Shown piece after piece: positions 49,126-59,983 of a stretch of DNA of 64,000 nt; position 1 is the stretch's first letter, and every line of letters begins with the position of its first letter. The position numbers were made by a program, and so were the translations under genes. Location: contig OZ242220.1 in assembly GCA_965206745.1 (NCBI GenBank), positions 736,001-800,000 on the forward strand. The letters are read 5' to 3'. The notes under the pieces are model-generated. The model ran no database searches. It worked only from the letters and a program-made list of their open reading frames with translations, and was not told where the DNA came from. The stretch comes from Nitrosopumilus sp. Lineage in GTDB: Archaea; Thermoproteota; Nitrososphaeria; Nitrososphaerales; Nitrosopumilaceae.

Positions 49126-50857
49126 TCACAAAAAACACCACTCCTCCTATCACGAATCCTTTGGTGATTTTTAATGAATTATCAAGTGCTTTGGAATAGT
49201 CTTCATAGATGCCTTGACCCATCACTTTTATGCTTGTCTCATTTTCTAAAATTTCGAACTTGGCTGCAGTTATGTTGCCTTCTGCCGTTTTTGCAATTGT
49301 AAAGAACCATTTTGCAAGTTTCTCTGCGCTTGTGATTAATCCTAGTTGGTAGTATCCGTTTCTATTTCTGGCTTTAACTGGTGCATAGTGTGTGTCAGAC
49401 GTACAAATTTCTAATAGCTGATAGTCTCTTTTTGCAAAGATGCTTATGATTTTCTCTCTTACTCCGTTCTCCATGTTGTTTGCGTCTGCCCATCCCAGAA
49501 AGTATTTTTTCCCATTAATTTTGAGACAAATGATTCCTAATCCCCCCATGCCTAAATCCTCGGTCCACACATCCATCTCGTCTGTATTGGCATACCCTAA
49601 CTCGATTGGAAAGCTCTCTTTTGAAATTAATGTGTCCAGACAAGATTTTGCTGCCTTTAGCATGTCTTCTCCGTCCTCATTTGAAATCTCTTCTCCCATG
49701 GCATTATGGCAGTCGACAATCATTATCTGTGAATAGTTTCTATTGTTTGCGTACTGTTGAATCTCTGTTTTCATATAGCTTGGAATGTCTTCCATGCCGT
49801 GTGGCGACAGAGACAAAAACAGTAGTGGATTATTCCCAAAAAGCAGCCCTGTGACCCTGGATTTATTTATTTGAACGGTTACTGGCTCTGTACATTTCAC
49901 CCCTTCTTCCTTGACTTTGCTATTTTCTAAATTTTTTAAATATTTTTCAACCTCGTTTCTTGATGGGAGATTCAAAGCGTGATTTGATATGCTGTGCATG
50001 ACCATTGCAGAGGATGACAAGTTCTTGTAAATTAGGTATGGTATGTTGCTCCCCCCCACTGGATGATATGGTCCTGGGTGGATTTCTGGCAACACCATTC
50101 TGAATTCTTTATCTCCACCATGCGTAGAGAATTTAATTTGCGATGTGGACACTTTGGTTTCGTTTGAGCGCTGCTCCATCAATTCCTCTGCATCATCAAA
50201 GTCATTTCCCTGGGATGCTAGATATGCCTGGATTGTTTTATGGGTGCTCTTCATTGCCGGCCTTCCTGCTCTATCTGTAAAAATTGACCACACACTTGCA
50301 ATAATCATAAACGATATTCCATATCCTAACCCAATTGGTTCAGTAAGTATTGAAATCCATAAATCTTGTGGAATTAGTACAAGATACATTGCCACTGGCT
50401 GGATTAAACAGATGGCCCAAGCTTTTTTGAGACTTGTCCCGAGTGTGGTGGTGTAAATGCCTATTCTAAAACTGGCAAAAAGCAATAATCCAAATGTTAT
50501 GAAAAATGGCTCCATGTTTTTTGATAAAACTACGCTTGAGAGAATTCCCATCAGTAGTGTGACTGTCCAGAGCATGTTTGCAAAAAGTGAAGAATGAAGA
50601 GATTTTGAATATTCTTTTTTCTTTGTAAACCTGGTATCTAGCAATTGTAAAAGAGCTAAAACTCCCAAGACCAGAGGCAATCTATACCAATTTTGCTCAA
50701 ATCCCAATCCTGCCAAATATCCAAAATATGTTGCAAGAACCGTAACTGATGCTACGACCATTGAAACAATCAATGAAAAATAATGTGATCCTGGATTGAT
50801 TAGAGTAAGGGAAAACCTATTGTGTATGTTTGAAACGTCGTCTGGATCTTTTTGCAT
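49109..50857 (-). CDS. DUF2070 family membrane protein
   Basis: N-terminal TMs; IHPGP, VDCHN, DANNM, TSDTH motifs. Confidence 0.85.
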   Translation of the reverse strand: MQKDPDDVSNIHNRFSLTLINPGSHYFSLIVSMVVASVTVLATYFGYLAGLGFEQNWYRLPLVLGVLALLQLLDTRFTKKKEYSKSLHSSLFANMLWTVTLLMGILSSVVLSKNMEPFFITFGLLLFASFRIGIYTTTLGTSLKKAWAICLIQPVAMYLVLIPQDLWISILTEPIGLGYGISFMIIASVWSIFTDRAGRPAMKSTHKTIQAYLASQGNDFDDAEELMEQRSNETKVSTSQIKFSTHGGDKEFRMVLPEIHPGPYHPVGGSNIPYLIYKNLSSSAMVMHSISNHALNLPSRNEVEKYLKNLENSKVKEEGVKCTEPVTVQINKSRVTGLLFGNNPLLFLSLSPHGMEDIPSYMKTEIQQYANNRNYSQIMIVDCHNAMGEEISNEDGEDMLKAAKSCLDTLISKESFPIELGYANTDEMDVWTEDLGMGGLGIICLKINGKKYFLGWADANNMENGVREKIISIFAKRDYQLLEICTSDTHYAPVKARNRNGYYQLGLITSAEKLAKWFFTIAKTAEGNITAAKFEILENETSIKVMGQGIYEDYSKALDNSLKITKGFVIGGVVFFVTSLFL

Positions 50858-50864
50858 TATTTAT

Positions 50865-51029
50865 TCACGGAGCTAGATAGTGATCGATTACCCATGAGAT
50901 TACGATTAAACTAATTGGGATTGATACTACGATTCTTGGATCCAATTTGAATCCCTTTGTCTCATCCTCAAAGAATCTCATGAGACCTCCACTTGATGCT
51001 GGAAGTGGTGCTGATTTCTTATCTGCCAT
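50865..51029 (-). CDS. secG: Preprotein translocase subunit Sec61beta (archaeal SecG)
   Basis: Manual translation MADKKSAPLPASSGGLMRFFEDETKGFKLDPRIVVSIPISLIVISWVIDHYLAP; GLMRFF..E..K.DP motif. Confidence 0.92.
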   Translation of the reverse strand: MADKKSAPLPASSGGLMRFFEDETKGFKLDPRIVVSIPISLIVISWVIDHYLAP

Positions 51030-51215
51030 TACAATTCGTCATCATAGATTTTAACATAAAAACTTTATTCATAAAGCCAAATTTGGCCTTAAATTGTATT
51101 TTTTCTTGAAAATCCTATGTTATAGTGCCTCTTGCCTTTCACTATGTTGTATGCGTGTTCTGATGAAACCCATTGTGGTTCCTTGTCTGAGTAATTTAGG
51201 GCTCTCTGGCCATTT

Positions 51216-51545
51216 TCATCGTATCTTTTTCATCTTCTTCCTTGTCTCTAATAATGAATTGATCGTTTTTAGGATATCTTGTTGTTTTTGATGATCTTTT
51301 TCTTGCTCTAATTCACTTGATAGTGCCTCTAGTTTCCTCCTCAGTACCTCCTCTACTGTGAATGTCTCATTTGGTTGGTTTTCTATTGGAATCTCCTTTT
51401 TTTCTGGCTGTCTGCCGCAATTGATACACAAGGCCTTCCCTTCTTTGATGACTCTGACTCCTTTACAATACGGGCAAGGCTCACTAAGCAATGTGGCTCC
51501 TTGAAGAAGCATTTCTGCGGCCTTTTTTGTCAGTTCTTCTGTCAC
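51216..51545 (-). CDS. Sjogren's syndrome/scleroderma autoantigen 1 family zinc-ribbon protein
   Basis: LLQGATLL.EPCPYC..CINC. Confidence 0.85.
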   Translation of the reverse strand: MTEELTKKAAEMLLQGATLLSEPCPYCKGVRVIKEGKALCINCGRQPEKKEIPIENQPNETFTVEEVLRRKLEALSSELEQEKDHQKQQDILKTINSLLETRKKMKKIR

Positions 51546-51677
51546 TGATTTCCTTTGATCCTCTCTCTAAAAAATCCGTTTGTTTTTGACAGAATCCACA
51601 AATAAGTGACCTTTTGAATCAGAATGGAATTCCGTATTTTCAGCATATGTGCCACACATTTTAACGGCATTGAGATC

Positions 51678-52059
51678 TAGTAATTCTTAATCCCCGTGGG
51701 ATCCACTTTGTACTGATTACATCGTAATCCCAAAGTATTCTCTACTTGGGAAAATAGTTGAAAAATTAAGTCTGGAATAATGATCTCATCTTTTTATTTA
51801 GATGGACATTAAGGCAATTTATCAGATGGAACATAGTACGCCTTACCATTCTCATCAACCTGTTTACAAATAATGTATGATTCCTAGCATTATAATTCTC
51901 AACATCGATTACAATATCAAATACCACATCAGATAGCCAATCTAAATGAATACCGCCACGCCCGTCAAGACAATAATGCGGTTGATAAAAATATAATAAA
52001 ACAAGTAGTGATGTAATAATAACACTAGATATAATCAAAGCATAAAATATCTTTTTCAA
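51678..52059 (-). pseudogene. Probable degraded gene for a membrane-anchored protein
   Basis: TM-containing N-terminus; a more protein-like continuation in a shifted frame (ESYIICKQVDENGKAYYVPSDKLP) is interrupted by stops. Confidence 0.4.
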
Positions 52060-52815
52060 TATTTTTGTAATTTATCTTTTATCTTCAAGTTTAATTTCCT
52101 GCCATACTTTTAAATTTTGGATCTGGTATTTTCCAAACCTTCGTACACTTCAATATGTGGAATCTGATAAATATGATTCCTCCAAAATGTCCGGTTTGAA
52201 TTATAGTTGGGGAATATGACTATTCTTTCAAGTATGTCCGGTGAACCATTTAATTTAAAAAACAAACCCGATATGCCTCAAATGGATACATTACACGCAG
52301 GAATAAAATAAGATGAAGGTTCAAGAACAGTTTTCAGTCCAGGGATTTGTAATGATTGTGGAGGACGGTTTGGGATTACACCTGAAAACTACAAACCATG
52401 ACGATCTTAATGACTGAGATATCTACAAACAAAAGTTCTGATTGTGCTCCCAAAATAACCAAAAAAATCTGATTTTTCAGACATTTGGTTCTATTGGGAA
52501 AGGTGGAGTATCTTATGAACTCGTTGATATTGACCCAGAATATTGGTTAAGGCCCCCCATCTGATCACTGGAACAATTCAAGGATCTGCTAGTTTATCAA
52601 ATTCCGGCAGACATCAAGAAATCACAGTTTAGATCATGTTCACAGGCAACCGCAACACCCAGTTCATTGGCGTATATTCAGGCAGATCTTCTTGACTGTC
52701 CTAGAATGGCTGCCTGATGTGTGGTTTTCTCACATACTTGGAACATTCTTTCTCATTTTTGGTTAATATTCAAACAAGGCTTAATAATGCGGATAACTCT
52801 ATCTATGTAGAACGA

Positions 52816-53124
52816 ATGGCAGTAATTTGTAATACTTGTGGTCTTCCAGAAGATTTGTGTGCTTGTGGTGAGCTTGCCAAAGATAGCACTAAAATTATCA
52901 TTAGGTTAGAGACGCGACGTTTTAAGAAAAAAGGCACAATGATTGAAGGCTTGGATCCTAAACTAAATAATCTGGAAACTGTCGCAAAAGAACTCAAAAA
53001 CAAATATGCGTGTGGTGGAACTGCAAAGGAAGGCTATATCTTCTTACAGGGTGATCATAGGGATACAATCAAAGACACTTTGATTAACTTGGGGTTTGCA
53101 GAAGATACCATAGAATTACACTAG
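52816..53124 (+). CDS. sui1: Translation initiation factor aIF1/SUI1 homolog
   Basis: C..CGLP.DLC.C, AKELK.K.ACGGT.K, LQGDHR. Confidence 0.93.
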   Translation: MAVICNTCGLPEDLCACGELAKDSTKIIIRLETRRFKKKGTMIEGLDPKLNNLETVAKELKNKYACGGTAKEGYIFLQGDHRDTIKDTLINLGFAEDTIELH

Positions 53125-53130
53125 AGCAAA

Positions 53131-54120
53131 TTGCCAAATTCAAACAAATTACTCCAATCTATTGGTGTTCCACACACTGCAATTCTTTCTGTAATTTTTG
53201 GCTTGCTGTTAGTTTCATTCCCTATCGGAATCTATGTTTTTTTCGAAACTGATCTTGGCAACGATATTAATTTCGAATATCCTTTAACGCATCTTGATCT
53301 TTTTGAGGGAACAGAACTATACCAAACCCCATGTGATGTTAGTGTGGGTGATGTTTTTACTGTCCTGTGGATTTTCTATCTTGTGATTTTTGTAATTGCT
53401 ATCCTGGGACCACGACATGACTTTCTCAAGGCCATGTACCCGATAATCTCCTTTGGAAGATATGATATGCAAGTAAATTACATGATTGGAATTACAAAGT
53501 GGTTTTCAATCTTAATTTTGGCTTCAGCTTTGATAAATTTTGTTCAAGAGGGAATTGGCATTGCGATTGTACCCCCTCATGCAGATAATGACCTTATCCA
53601 ATTTTTTTATGTCAGTCTGGCCCCTTTGATTGAAGAATTTGGATTTCGTTTGATTTTGATAGGCATTCCATTATTTGCTCTTTATTCCACAAAGCCATCT
53701 ATACGATATTTTGTTAGATGTTTGTGGCGGCCTGATACTTTGGATATTGTTGATCGAAAAAAAGCTCTTTTTTTGATAATTTTTGTAGGCGTTCTTTTCG
53801 GGTTTGCACACATTGCATTTGGTGACTCTTGGAGTGGCGGGAAATTCACCCAGGCCGCTGTAAGCGGAATAATTCTAGGTTGGGTGTATCTCAGATATGG
53901 CTTTGTCGTCTCTCTTCTGATTCATTGGGCTACCAATTATTTTATATTCTCATATGTCTATTTTATTTCTCAGATAAATGCAATTTCGATTGAAGAGGCG
54001 TTTTCACATTCACTAATCTCTTCATTGGAGATTTTATTGTTGATTGCAGGCATATTCTCTATTGCTATCTTGCTTGCAAGTAGATTTTATTCCAGAAAAG
54101 AACCCACGTTAGAGATTTAG
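53131..54120 (+). CDS. CPBP (CAAX/Abi) family intramembrane metalloprotease
   Basis: APLIEE..FR, FGFAH, IHWATN. Confidence 0.88.
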   Translation: MPNSNKLLQSIGVPHTAILSVIFGLLLVSFPIGIYVFFETDLGNDINFEYPLTHLDLFEGTELYQTPCDVSVGDVFTVLWIFYLVIFVIAILGPRHDFLKAMYPIISFGRYDMQVNYMIGITKWFSILILASALINFVQEGIGIAIVPPHADNDLIQFFYVSLAPLIEEFGFRLILIGIPLFALYSTKPSIRYFVRCLWRPDTLDIVDRKKALFLIIFVGVLFGFAHIAFGDSWSGGKFTQAAVSGIILGWVYLRYGFVVSLLIHWATNYFIFSYVYFISQINAISIEEAFSHSLISSLEILLLIAGIFSIAILLASRFYSRKEPTLEI

Positions 54121-55017
54121 GGCTACCTTCAACCCCTTGTATCTGTTTCTGATTGTAACCTCCGTTACTCCTGCAGCATCTGCCACATCCCGCTGAGTCT
54201 TGTTTTCTCCATTTGTGACACATGCTACATAAAGTGCAGCCGCTGCCAACCCCATTGGATCCTTGCCTGCTGAAATTTTTTGCTCTTCGGCAGTCTGTAG
54301 AATCTTTGTTGCCTTTCTTTTTGTCTTTTCAGACAATCCTGCCTTGCTTGCAATTCTTGAAATACATTTTATCGGATCCACTACTGGCATCTTTAAATTC
54401 AACTCTCTTAGCAGTAATCGATAGCATCTTGCAATATCTTTACGTTTAATGTTGCTTGCCTGACCTATGTCTTTTAGGGTTCTGGGCGTCTCTGTATCCC
54501 TACATGCAGCGTAAAGTGCCGATGCAATCAATGCTGAGATGGAACGTCCTCTGACCAATCCTTTCTCTAGGGCTTTCCTGTAAATGTAAGCTGCTTTTTC
54601 AACAACTGAATCCCCTATTGCCAGTTTGTCTTTTAACCTGTCCAACTCGCTAAATGCCTGTCTAAAGTTTCTGTCCACTGGTTCATGAACTTGGCTTCTG
54701 CTGTCCCAAGTTCTCAGTCTTTCAATGGTGCTTTTCATTGCCGCAGTTAATGGCTTGCCTGTTGCATCCCTATTTTGTGGATTAATCACTGTGGCCAAAC
54801 CCATGTCGTGCATGGCAAGTGATGTTGGAATTCCTGCCCTGCTTTTGTTTTCACCCTCATTTGAAAATGACCTCCATTCTGGTCCTGATTCTTCTACTTT
54901 GTCAGTAATTACAAAACCACATTTACCACAAAAATTTTCGCCCGTATTGGTATCTGTTACTAGGGCACCTTTGCCACATCGGGGGCATTTGTCTTTCGGA
55001 TTTGCCGTCTCAACCAT
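54109..55017 (-). CDS. tfb: Transcription initiation factor IIB
   Basis: CPRC..CGKCG zinc ribbon, GPEWRSF, HDMGL, GRSI, GKDP.GLAAA, VTEVTIRNRY. Confidence 0.97.
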   Translation of the reverse strand: MVETANPKDKCPRCGKGALVTDTNTGENFCGKCGFVITDKVEESGPEWRSFSNEGENKSRAGIPTSLAMHDMGLATVINPQNRDATGKPLTAAMKSTIERLRTWDSRSQVHEPVDRNFRQAFSELDRLKDKLAIGDSVVEKAAYIYRKALEKGLVRGRSISALIASALYAACRDTETPRTLKDIGQASNIKRKDIARCYRLLLRELNLKMPVVDPIKCISRIASKAGLSEKTKRKATKILQTAEEQKISAGKDPMGLAAAALYVACVTNGENKTQRDVADAAGVTEVTIRNRYKGLKVALNL

Positions 55018-55749
55018 TTTTACCCTCAAAACTTTTAAACATGATATTTAAGACTTTATTACTCATTACTTATAAATATGTTGGTGATCTTAAAATATGA
55101 TGTCAGATTTTCAAAAAACTAGGCATAAAAATATTTTCGGTGATATTGACTCATATCTACTAAAAGACAGAGATAACCTCATACGAACTGGTGCAGAGAA
55201 AGTATGAGGCATACAACCAGTTCACAACTTGATTCTGCAAGATACACTAGCAAAGGCGCAACGCAGGATGGGTGATAATTTTATATCTAGTTCAAATCGT
55301 GACTTTCAATCCTCCAAAAGTTTGTCCTTCTCTGATCTCTAGTATTGGGAATCTGGACCTTCCTCTGTCATGCCGATGAACACTACGACACAATATGCTC
55401 AAAGAACAATACTGTCATAATGAATCTGACTCATCGGTAATATGATAAAAAAACTCGATCTGAACTTCTCTAACCGTCATAATTTACAGTGTGACTTGAC
55501 ATGATTGCTGTATTACTGCTGACCTTGTGTAAAAATTACATGTGTGCAAGACGGCAGTGATGGAGGAAGACATCCGTGCAAAGGACCATCGAGACCACAC
55601 TTGTCATAATGATGCTTGGCATCGTGATGACGGATTTGAGGATCCTAAAGAAAAAACCCTCCTGATAATGGTTACTTAGAGGGATGCGTAATCGGAATTT
55701 ACATATCTCATCTACAAACTGACCTTTTTTTTATGTTACAGTTGATATT

Positions 55750-56388
55750 CTAACTCGATTTTAATATTTTTTCAATTTTTCTTGAAATTTCTGGCTTTTC
55801 ATCTTGTTCTAATAGGAATCTGAGATCCTCGTTATTATCCACATCCCACATTATTCTTTTGACAAAAACCATCGCAACGTTGAGGGTGCGTGTTTTTGCT
55901 GTGTTCATGTGTATTTTGTAACTATCTTCGTCATAGTGAGTCTCCATCAAATCTACTGGCATTCTAGCTAATGCGTTTGTTCCGTCAAACCTTCGAGAGG
56001 GGACAATGATTGCAAAATTTGGATGCATCTTGTAGTTTAACATAAAGTCGATATCCTGGGTTTTGATAAATGGGATGTCTTGAGGCAATACGATTGATGC
56101 ATCGAAATTATTTTCCAAAAGGTACTTGTCTGCTAATGCCACTGCACCATTGACGCTCTCCTCCTTCTCGTCAATGATTGTTACTGTGTTGAATTTTTTC
56201 CCAATCTCAATTGCTTTTTCTTCTTTAGTAACCAATATTGTTTTTTCAATTTGGGGCGATATTGACAGCGTATACAAAATCTCCTCTAACATTACTATGC
56301 ACAGCTCCTCGACCTGCTGTGGTGATAAATCTAGACGTGTCTTTGCTTTTGAGAACGTCTTTACTGGGATAATTGCGGCTATTTTCAA
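55750..56388 (-). CDS. cofC: 2-phospho-L-lactate guanylyltransferase
   Basis: IPVK....AKTRL, DIP, DGTNAL, DVD..EDL. Confidence 0.92.
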   Translation of the reverse strand: MKIAAIIPVKTFSKAKTRLDLSPQQVEELCIVMLEEILYTLSISPQIEKTILVTKEEKAIEIGKKFNTVTIIDEKEESVNGAVALADKYLLENNFDASIVLPQDIPFIKTQDIDFMLNYKMHPNFAIIVPSRRFDGTNALARMPVDLMETHYDEDSYKIHMNTAKTRTLNVAMVFVKRIMWDVDNNEDLRFLLEQDEKPEISRKIEKILKSS

Positions 56389-56389
56389 A

Positions 56390-57310
56390 TTACACGTGCA
56401 CTTGTTTTAAAATGAAATTTCCTAATGCGTCTTCAGCTATTTTATTTTTCATGGTAATTTTTGTTTCAAAAACTTTCATATCCAGACTTTGAATTTTCTT
56501 TGCTAACACCTTGTCCTTTGTATCGACAATTATGTTTGAACATACGTCCGAATACATCTTTGCTAATCCGTAAGCGTTTGACTCTATTCCTGCCGCTTGC
56601 ATGTATTTTGCTGCAGGACCGCTGATGGCCTTCTCTCCAATTAATGGACTGATAGCTATGACTTTTTTCTTTATTTTTGATAGTTCTTTCCTGATCCCTT
56701 TGATTTGCAGCATTGGCCCTATCGATGTCAGAGGATTTCCTGGTGCTAGAATTACCATGTCTGCATCATGAATTGCATTGATTGCCTCAGGGTTTGGACG
56801 AGCTTTGTCTGCCCCGATATACTGGATTCCTTCTACTGGATCCTTTCCTCTGTGCTTGACCCAATATTCCTGTAAATGTAACTCTCCCTTGTCCGTAGTA
56901 ATTCTTGTTTCAATGCTGTTATCTGTAACTGGTATGATGTTTGCACTCACTGCAAATTTTTCACACATCCATTTTGTAATGTCACTTAGATTTTTTCCGT
57001 TTTTCAACATGTTTGTTCTGATCAAATGTGTTGCGGCATCTCGGTCTCCCACTCTGAACCAGGTCTCTTCGCCGAAGACTTCCATCTGACGCAGAAAATT
57101 AAATGTGTCTTTTTTCATTCCCCACCCCCTTTCCTGATCAAGCAGATCTGCCAATCCGTATACTATGGTGTCAATATCTGGACAAACGTATAATCCGTAT
57201 AGCCAGTAATTGTCTCCTACGTTGCTGATGACATTGACTTTGGATTCTTGTGCAACTAGTCCTCTGACCAATTTCACTGAACCTGTTCCCCCTGCTAAGA
57301 CTGTAATCAT
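56390..57310 (-). CDS. cofD: 2-phospho-L-lactate transferase
   Basis: LAGGTG, NVGD..GLYVCPDIDT, WFRVGDRDAATH, PGNP..SIGP, SGPA. Confidence 0.95.
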   Translation of the reverse strand: MITVLAGGTGSVKLVRGLVAQESKVNVISNVGDNYWLYGLYVCPDIDTIVYGLADLLDQERGWGMKKDTFNFLRQMEVFGEETWFRVGDRDAATHLIRTNMLKNGKNLSDITKWMCEKFAVSANIIPVTDNSIETRITTDKGELHLQEYWVKHRGKDPVEGIQYIGADKARPNPEAINAIHDADMVILAPGNPLTSIGPMLQIKGIRKELSKIKKKVIAISPLIGEKAISGPAAKYMQAAGIESNAYGLAKMYSDVCSNIIVDTKDKVLAKKIQSLDMKVFETKITMKNKIAEDALGNFILKQVHV

Positions 57311-57413
57311 ATCATACCTCTAAAACTGAATTATCTGGTATTGTTACTCAATATTACTTTTTCAAATAATTAACCGATCTAGTTATTTAGGATAAGTTTA
57401 TTACTGTAATTTC

Positions 57414-58790
57414 ATGATTTTATACGTGTCTCGGGCTGTAATGCTGTCTGTTTTGCTGGCAACTCTTATTGTTGTAGGTACTAGTACGCCAGTTTGGGCA
57501 GCCCAATTAGATGCTCAAATCAATCCTAAATCTGAATCATCTCCATTTAAAATAACTTATCTAAAAACCATCTTTATTGAATATCCAGAAGGCGGGGATC
57601 TTTTTGATGAATTACAGGGAAAAGAATGGACCATCTCTGGGACTGCCGATTTCTCTAATTCTGGGGTTCAAACGCTTGTAAATGAACTAAATCGCGGTAT
57701 TGCCAATGATGGCAGTCAAGCACAAATCAGTGACTTGAATGTGTCCTATGATTTTCATCTCAAAGCAAGAAACATTGCCACTTCCATTGACTATCGTGTA
57801 CTTTTAGATGGCACTTTGAGTAATTATATCATTACAGATGATGGCCAAAAGACATTAGTTGATTTGGGTTGGAGAGGACTAACAACTGACAAGCAAATTA
57901 TTATTGACGGACACGAAATTAACATTCCCCTTGGCATATTGAAAGAACAAGAACCTCAAGTTTACGCTTATTTTGCTGGCACTGAGGCTGAAAACGTTTT
58001 AGGCAAACACCTCATTGACGCTGATTTTATTTTAGAACAACCCATACCTAATTGGCACTTTTTGTTTGATCCTACTGGAATCAACGTGGATGCTGCAACC
58101 TTTGGATTAAATGAGGAAATCGCTGGTTCTGTAATATCCAAATGGACCATGGGTGAAAGTAGTTTCCGAGAAGGAATACAAACTGAAAGAGTCCTTGAAG
58201 CCGAAATTATTGCCGACAAAACATACTCTGTTAGAAGTGTTCAATCCACTGATCAGGCTACCTTGTCTGCAATCGGATTTGGCGCTTCAGATGTTTTAGA
58301 TGGCGTTGAAATTATTGGCGTTACTCCCAAACCTCCTCCAGATTATGGATCTACCTCGACTGGTAGTTTCCCCGTCCAGATTATTTACGGTATGGCCGGA
58401 ATTGCCGCAGTTGCAGGAATTGCATTTTTCTTCATTAGTAGCAGATCCCTGAAAAATGAATTGCAAGGACAACAAGGAATTGATCCAAATCGACTAGTTG
58501 GATATCAAACCAGTGCTTCTTCTGGCGGATACCAGACCAATAGGGGCGAAGCACACCTAAAAGACGATGCTGATTATCAACAAACCCGAACTGTCTATGA
58601 GGAGACTTCTCAACAAAGTCCTCCCCCTCAGGCAACTGTCTCTTCTCAAGATGAGGCCGCATGTGGCTGTGCAGCATCTGCTGAGATGGGCTCTGAATGT
58701 GATTGTGCAATGCAAAGTGCATGTCTTTGCGATGGAACCTGCAAATGTGGAGCAGATATCTGTAAAGATCAAGTCCACTCTATGAGTTGA
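57414..58790 (+). CDS. Secreted/membrane-anchored protein with a cytoplasmic metallothionein-like Cys-rich tail
   Basis: Signal peptide, TM helix IIYGMAGIAAVAGIAFFFI, tail with four CxC motifs. Confidence 0.75.
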   Translation: MILYVSRAVMLSVLLATLIVVGTSTPVWAAQLDAQINPKSESSPFKITYLKTIFIEYPEGGDLFDELQGKEWTISGTADFSNSGVQTLVNELNRGIANDGSQAQISDLNVSYDFHLKARNIATSIDYRVLLDGTLSNYIITDDGQKTLVDLGWRGLTTDKQIIIDGHEINIPLGILKEQEPQVYAYFAGTEAENVLGKHLIDADFILEQPIPNWHFLFDPTGINVDAATFGLNEEIAGSVISKWTMGESSFREGIQTERVLEAEIIADKTYSVRSVQSTDQATLSAIGFGASDVLDGVEIIGVTPKPPPDYGSTSTGSFPVQIIYGMAGIAAVAGIAFFFISSRSLKNELQGQQGIDPNRLVGYQTSASSGGYQTNRGEAHLKDDADYQQTRTVYEETSQQSPPPQATVSSQDEAACGCAASAEMGSECDCAMQSACLCDGTCKCGADICKDQVHSMS

Positions 58791-59042
58791 TTATAACCCT
58801 CTATTCTTCATTCCAACAAAGTATGCATTTGATGTTTTTGTAAACAAATGATTTTGGTGCCTGAAAATGCCTGAAGTTTTACTTGATTTGTAATGGTTTG
58901 GAAAAAAATTTGGGATTTTACAGGCAAAAAAATTACATCTTGATCATTTACTTTTGGTTTTTCAAGCATGGATGACAAAGTTTTAGAAAAAGATTTCAAA
59001 CAATTTTTATTTTGAAATTTTAGATTTATTTATTAAAAAATT

Positions 59043-59325
59043 ATGTGTGCTGGGAGTAACCCTCCTTCTGTTTTCACGATATTTCGCTTTGCAGCCTACC
59101 TGAACCTATTACAGGAACTTTGAGTTCTGTTTGGCTTTGCTCCATGTGGGTCGTCTTTTTCATTCCTTTTATGGAAACCTCAGGTTTTGCCATCATTGTG
59201 CGCCATATTGGATTATTTTCTGCTCCGTTGCCAACCATCTCTGATTATCTATCTCCAGATCACATTTCCTGTTTGGAGGGAGGAGTTTCCTCTGCCGTAG
59301 CAGCGTGTCGTGCTCCAGCTCACAT
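59043..59325 (-). ncRNA. rnpB: RNase P RNA (archaeal)
   Basis: Minus strand has GAGGAAACTCC near the 5' end and AACAGAAGGAGGGTTA near the 3' end (P4); P1 ATGTGAGCTGGAG/CTCCCAGCACACAT. Confidence 0.93.
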
Positions 59326-59356
59326 GAATATGCTAATTGGTCATGTCATTTGAATA

Positions 59357-59983
59357 TTACCTAGGCTTTGTGCCTGTGATAAACAATGTGCCATGTTCTC
59401 TTTTCCATTTTTTCTTATTTTTCAAATCCTTGATCTGTTTTGTTTTGACATTAAAACCAGTATTCTTGAAAAATTCTCTCCATTCTTTTTTTGAATGCAG
59501 ATGCATCTGAATTTTCATAATTTTGGACCATTTGGCAGTTGCTTTGTTGTCTGAATAAAAATCCGTACCGCAGAAAAACTGTCCTCCCGGTTTTAATAAT
59601 TTGTATATTTTTTCAAGTGCGATCTTGATTGAATCCGCATAGTATAGTGACTCCATCGAAAAAACAAAGTCAAATTTACCTTTGTAACCCATTGATTCAA
59701 TATCTGTGTGGATGTATTCTTCTTTTTTGCCACCTGTCTTTTTCTTGGATTGAATAATCATTTTTTTGCTTTTATCAATACCTATTGCCCTTTTGCAGTT
59801 TTTCTCTTTAGCAATTCTTCTTATCACCCATCCGTTACCACATCCGACATCTAGAAATGCAAATGGCTTATCAAACGGTATGGTTTTTAAAAATCTCAAG
59901 ACATTAGTTCCGTGCTCTGTCTCCATCAGTTCGGCCCTTCCGTTTTGGGCCCATGCATCAAAAGTTTTTGTGACCTTGTCCAT
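59357..59983 (-). CDS. Class I SAM-dependent methyltransferase
   Basis: LDVGCGNG, GID.S..MI, FD.VFS, LKPGG. Confidence 0.9.
   Translation of the reverse strand: MDKVTKTFDAWAQNGRAELMETEHGTNVLRFLKTIPFDKPFAFLDVGCGNGWVIRRIAKEKNCKRAIGIDKSKKMIIQSKKKTGGKKEEYIHTDIESMGYKGKFDFVFSMESLYYADSIKIALEKIYKLLKPGGQFFCGTDFYSDNKATAKWSKIMKIQMHLHSKKEWREFFKNTGFNVKTKQIKDLKNKKKWKREHGTLFITGTKPR

Noticed and set aside
51160-51170. CTGATGA-AAC hammerhead-like core
   Set aside because: Required flanking stems and a separate GAAA segment are not present
58808-58999. 63-aa ORF on - strand
   Set aside because: AT-rich low-complexity spacer downstream of rnpB; weak TTG start
59120-59353. 77-aa ORF on + strand
   Set aside because: Antisense to RNase P RNA
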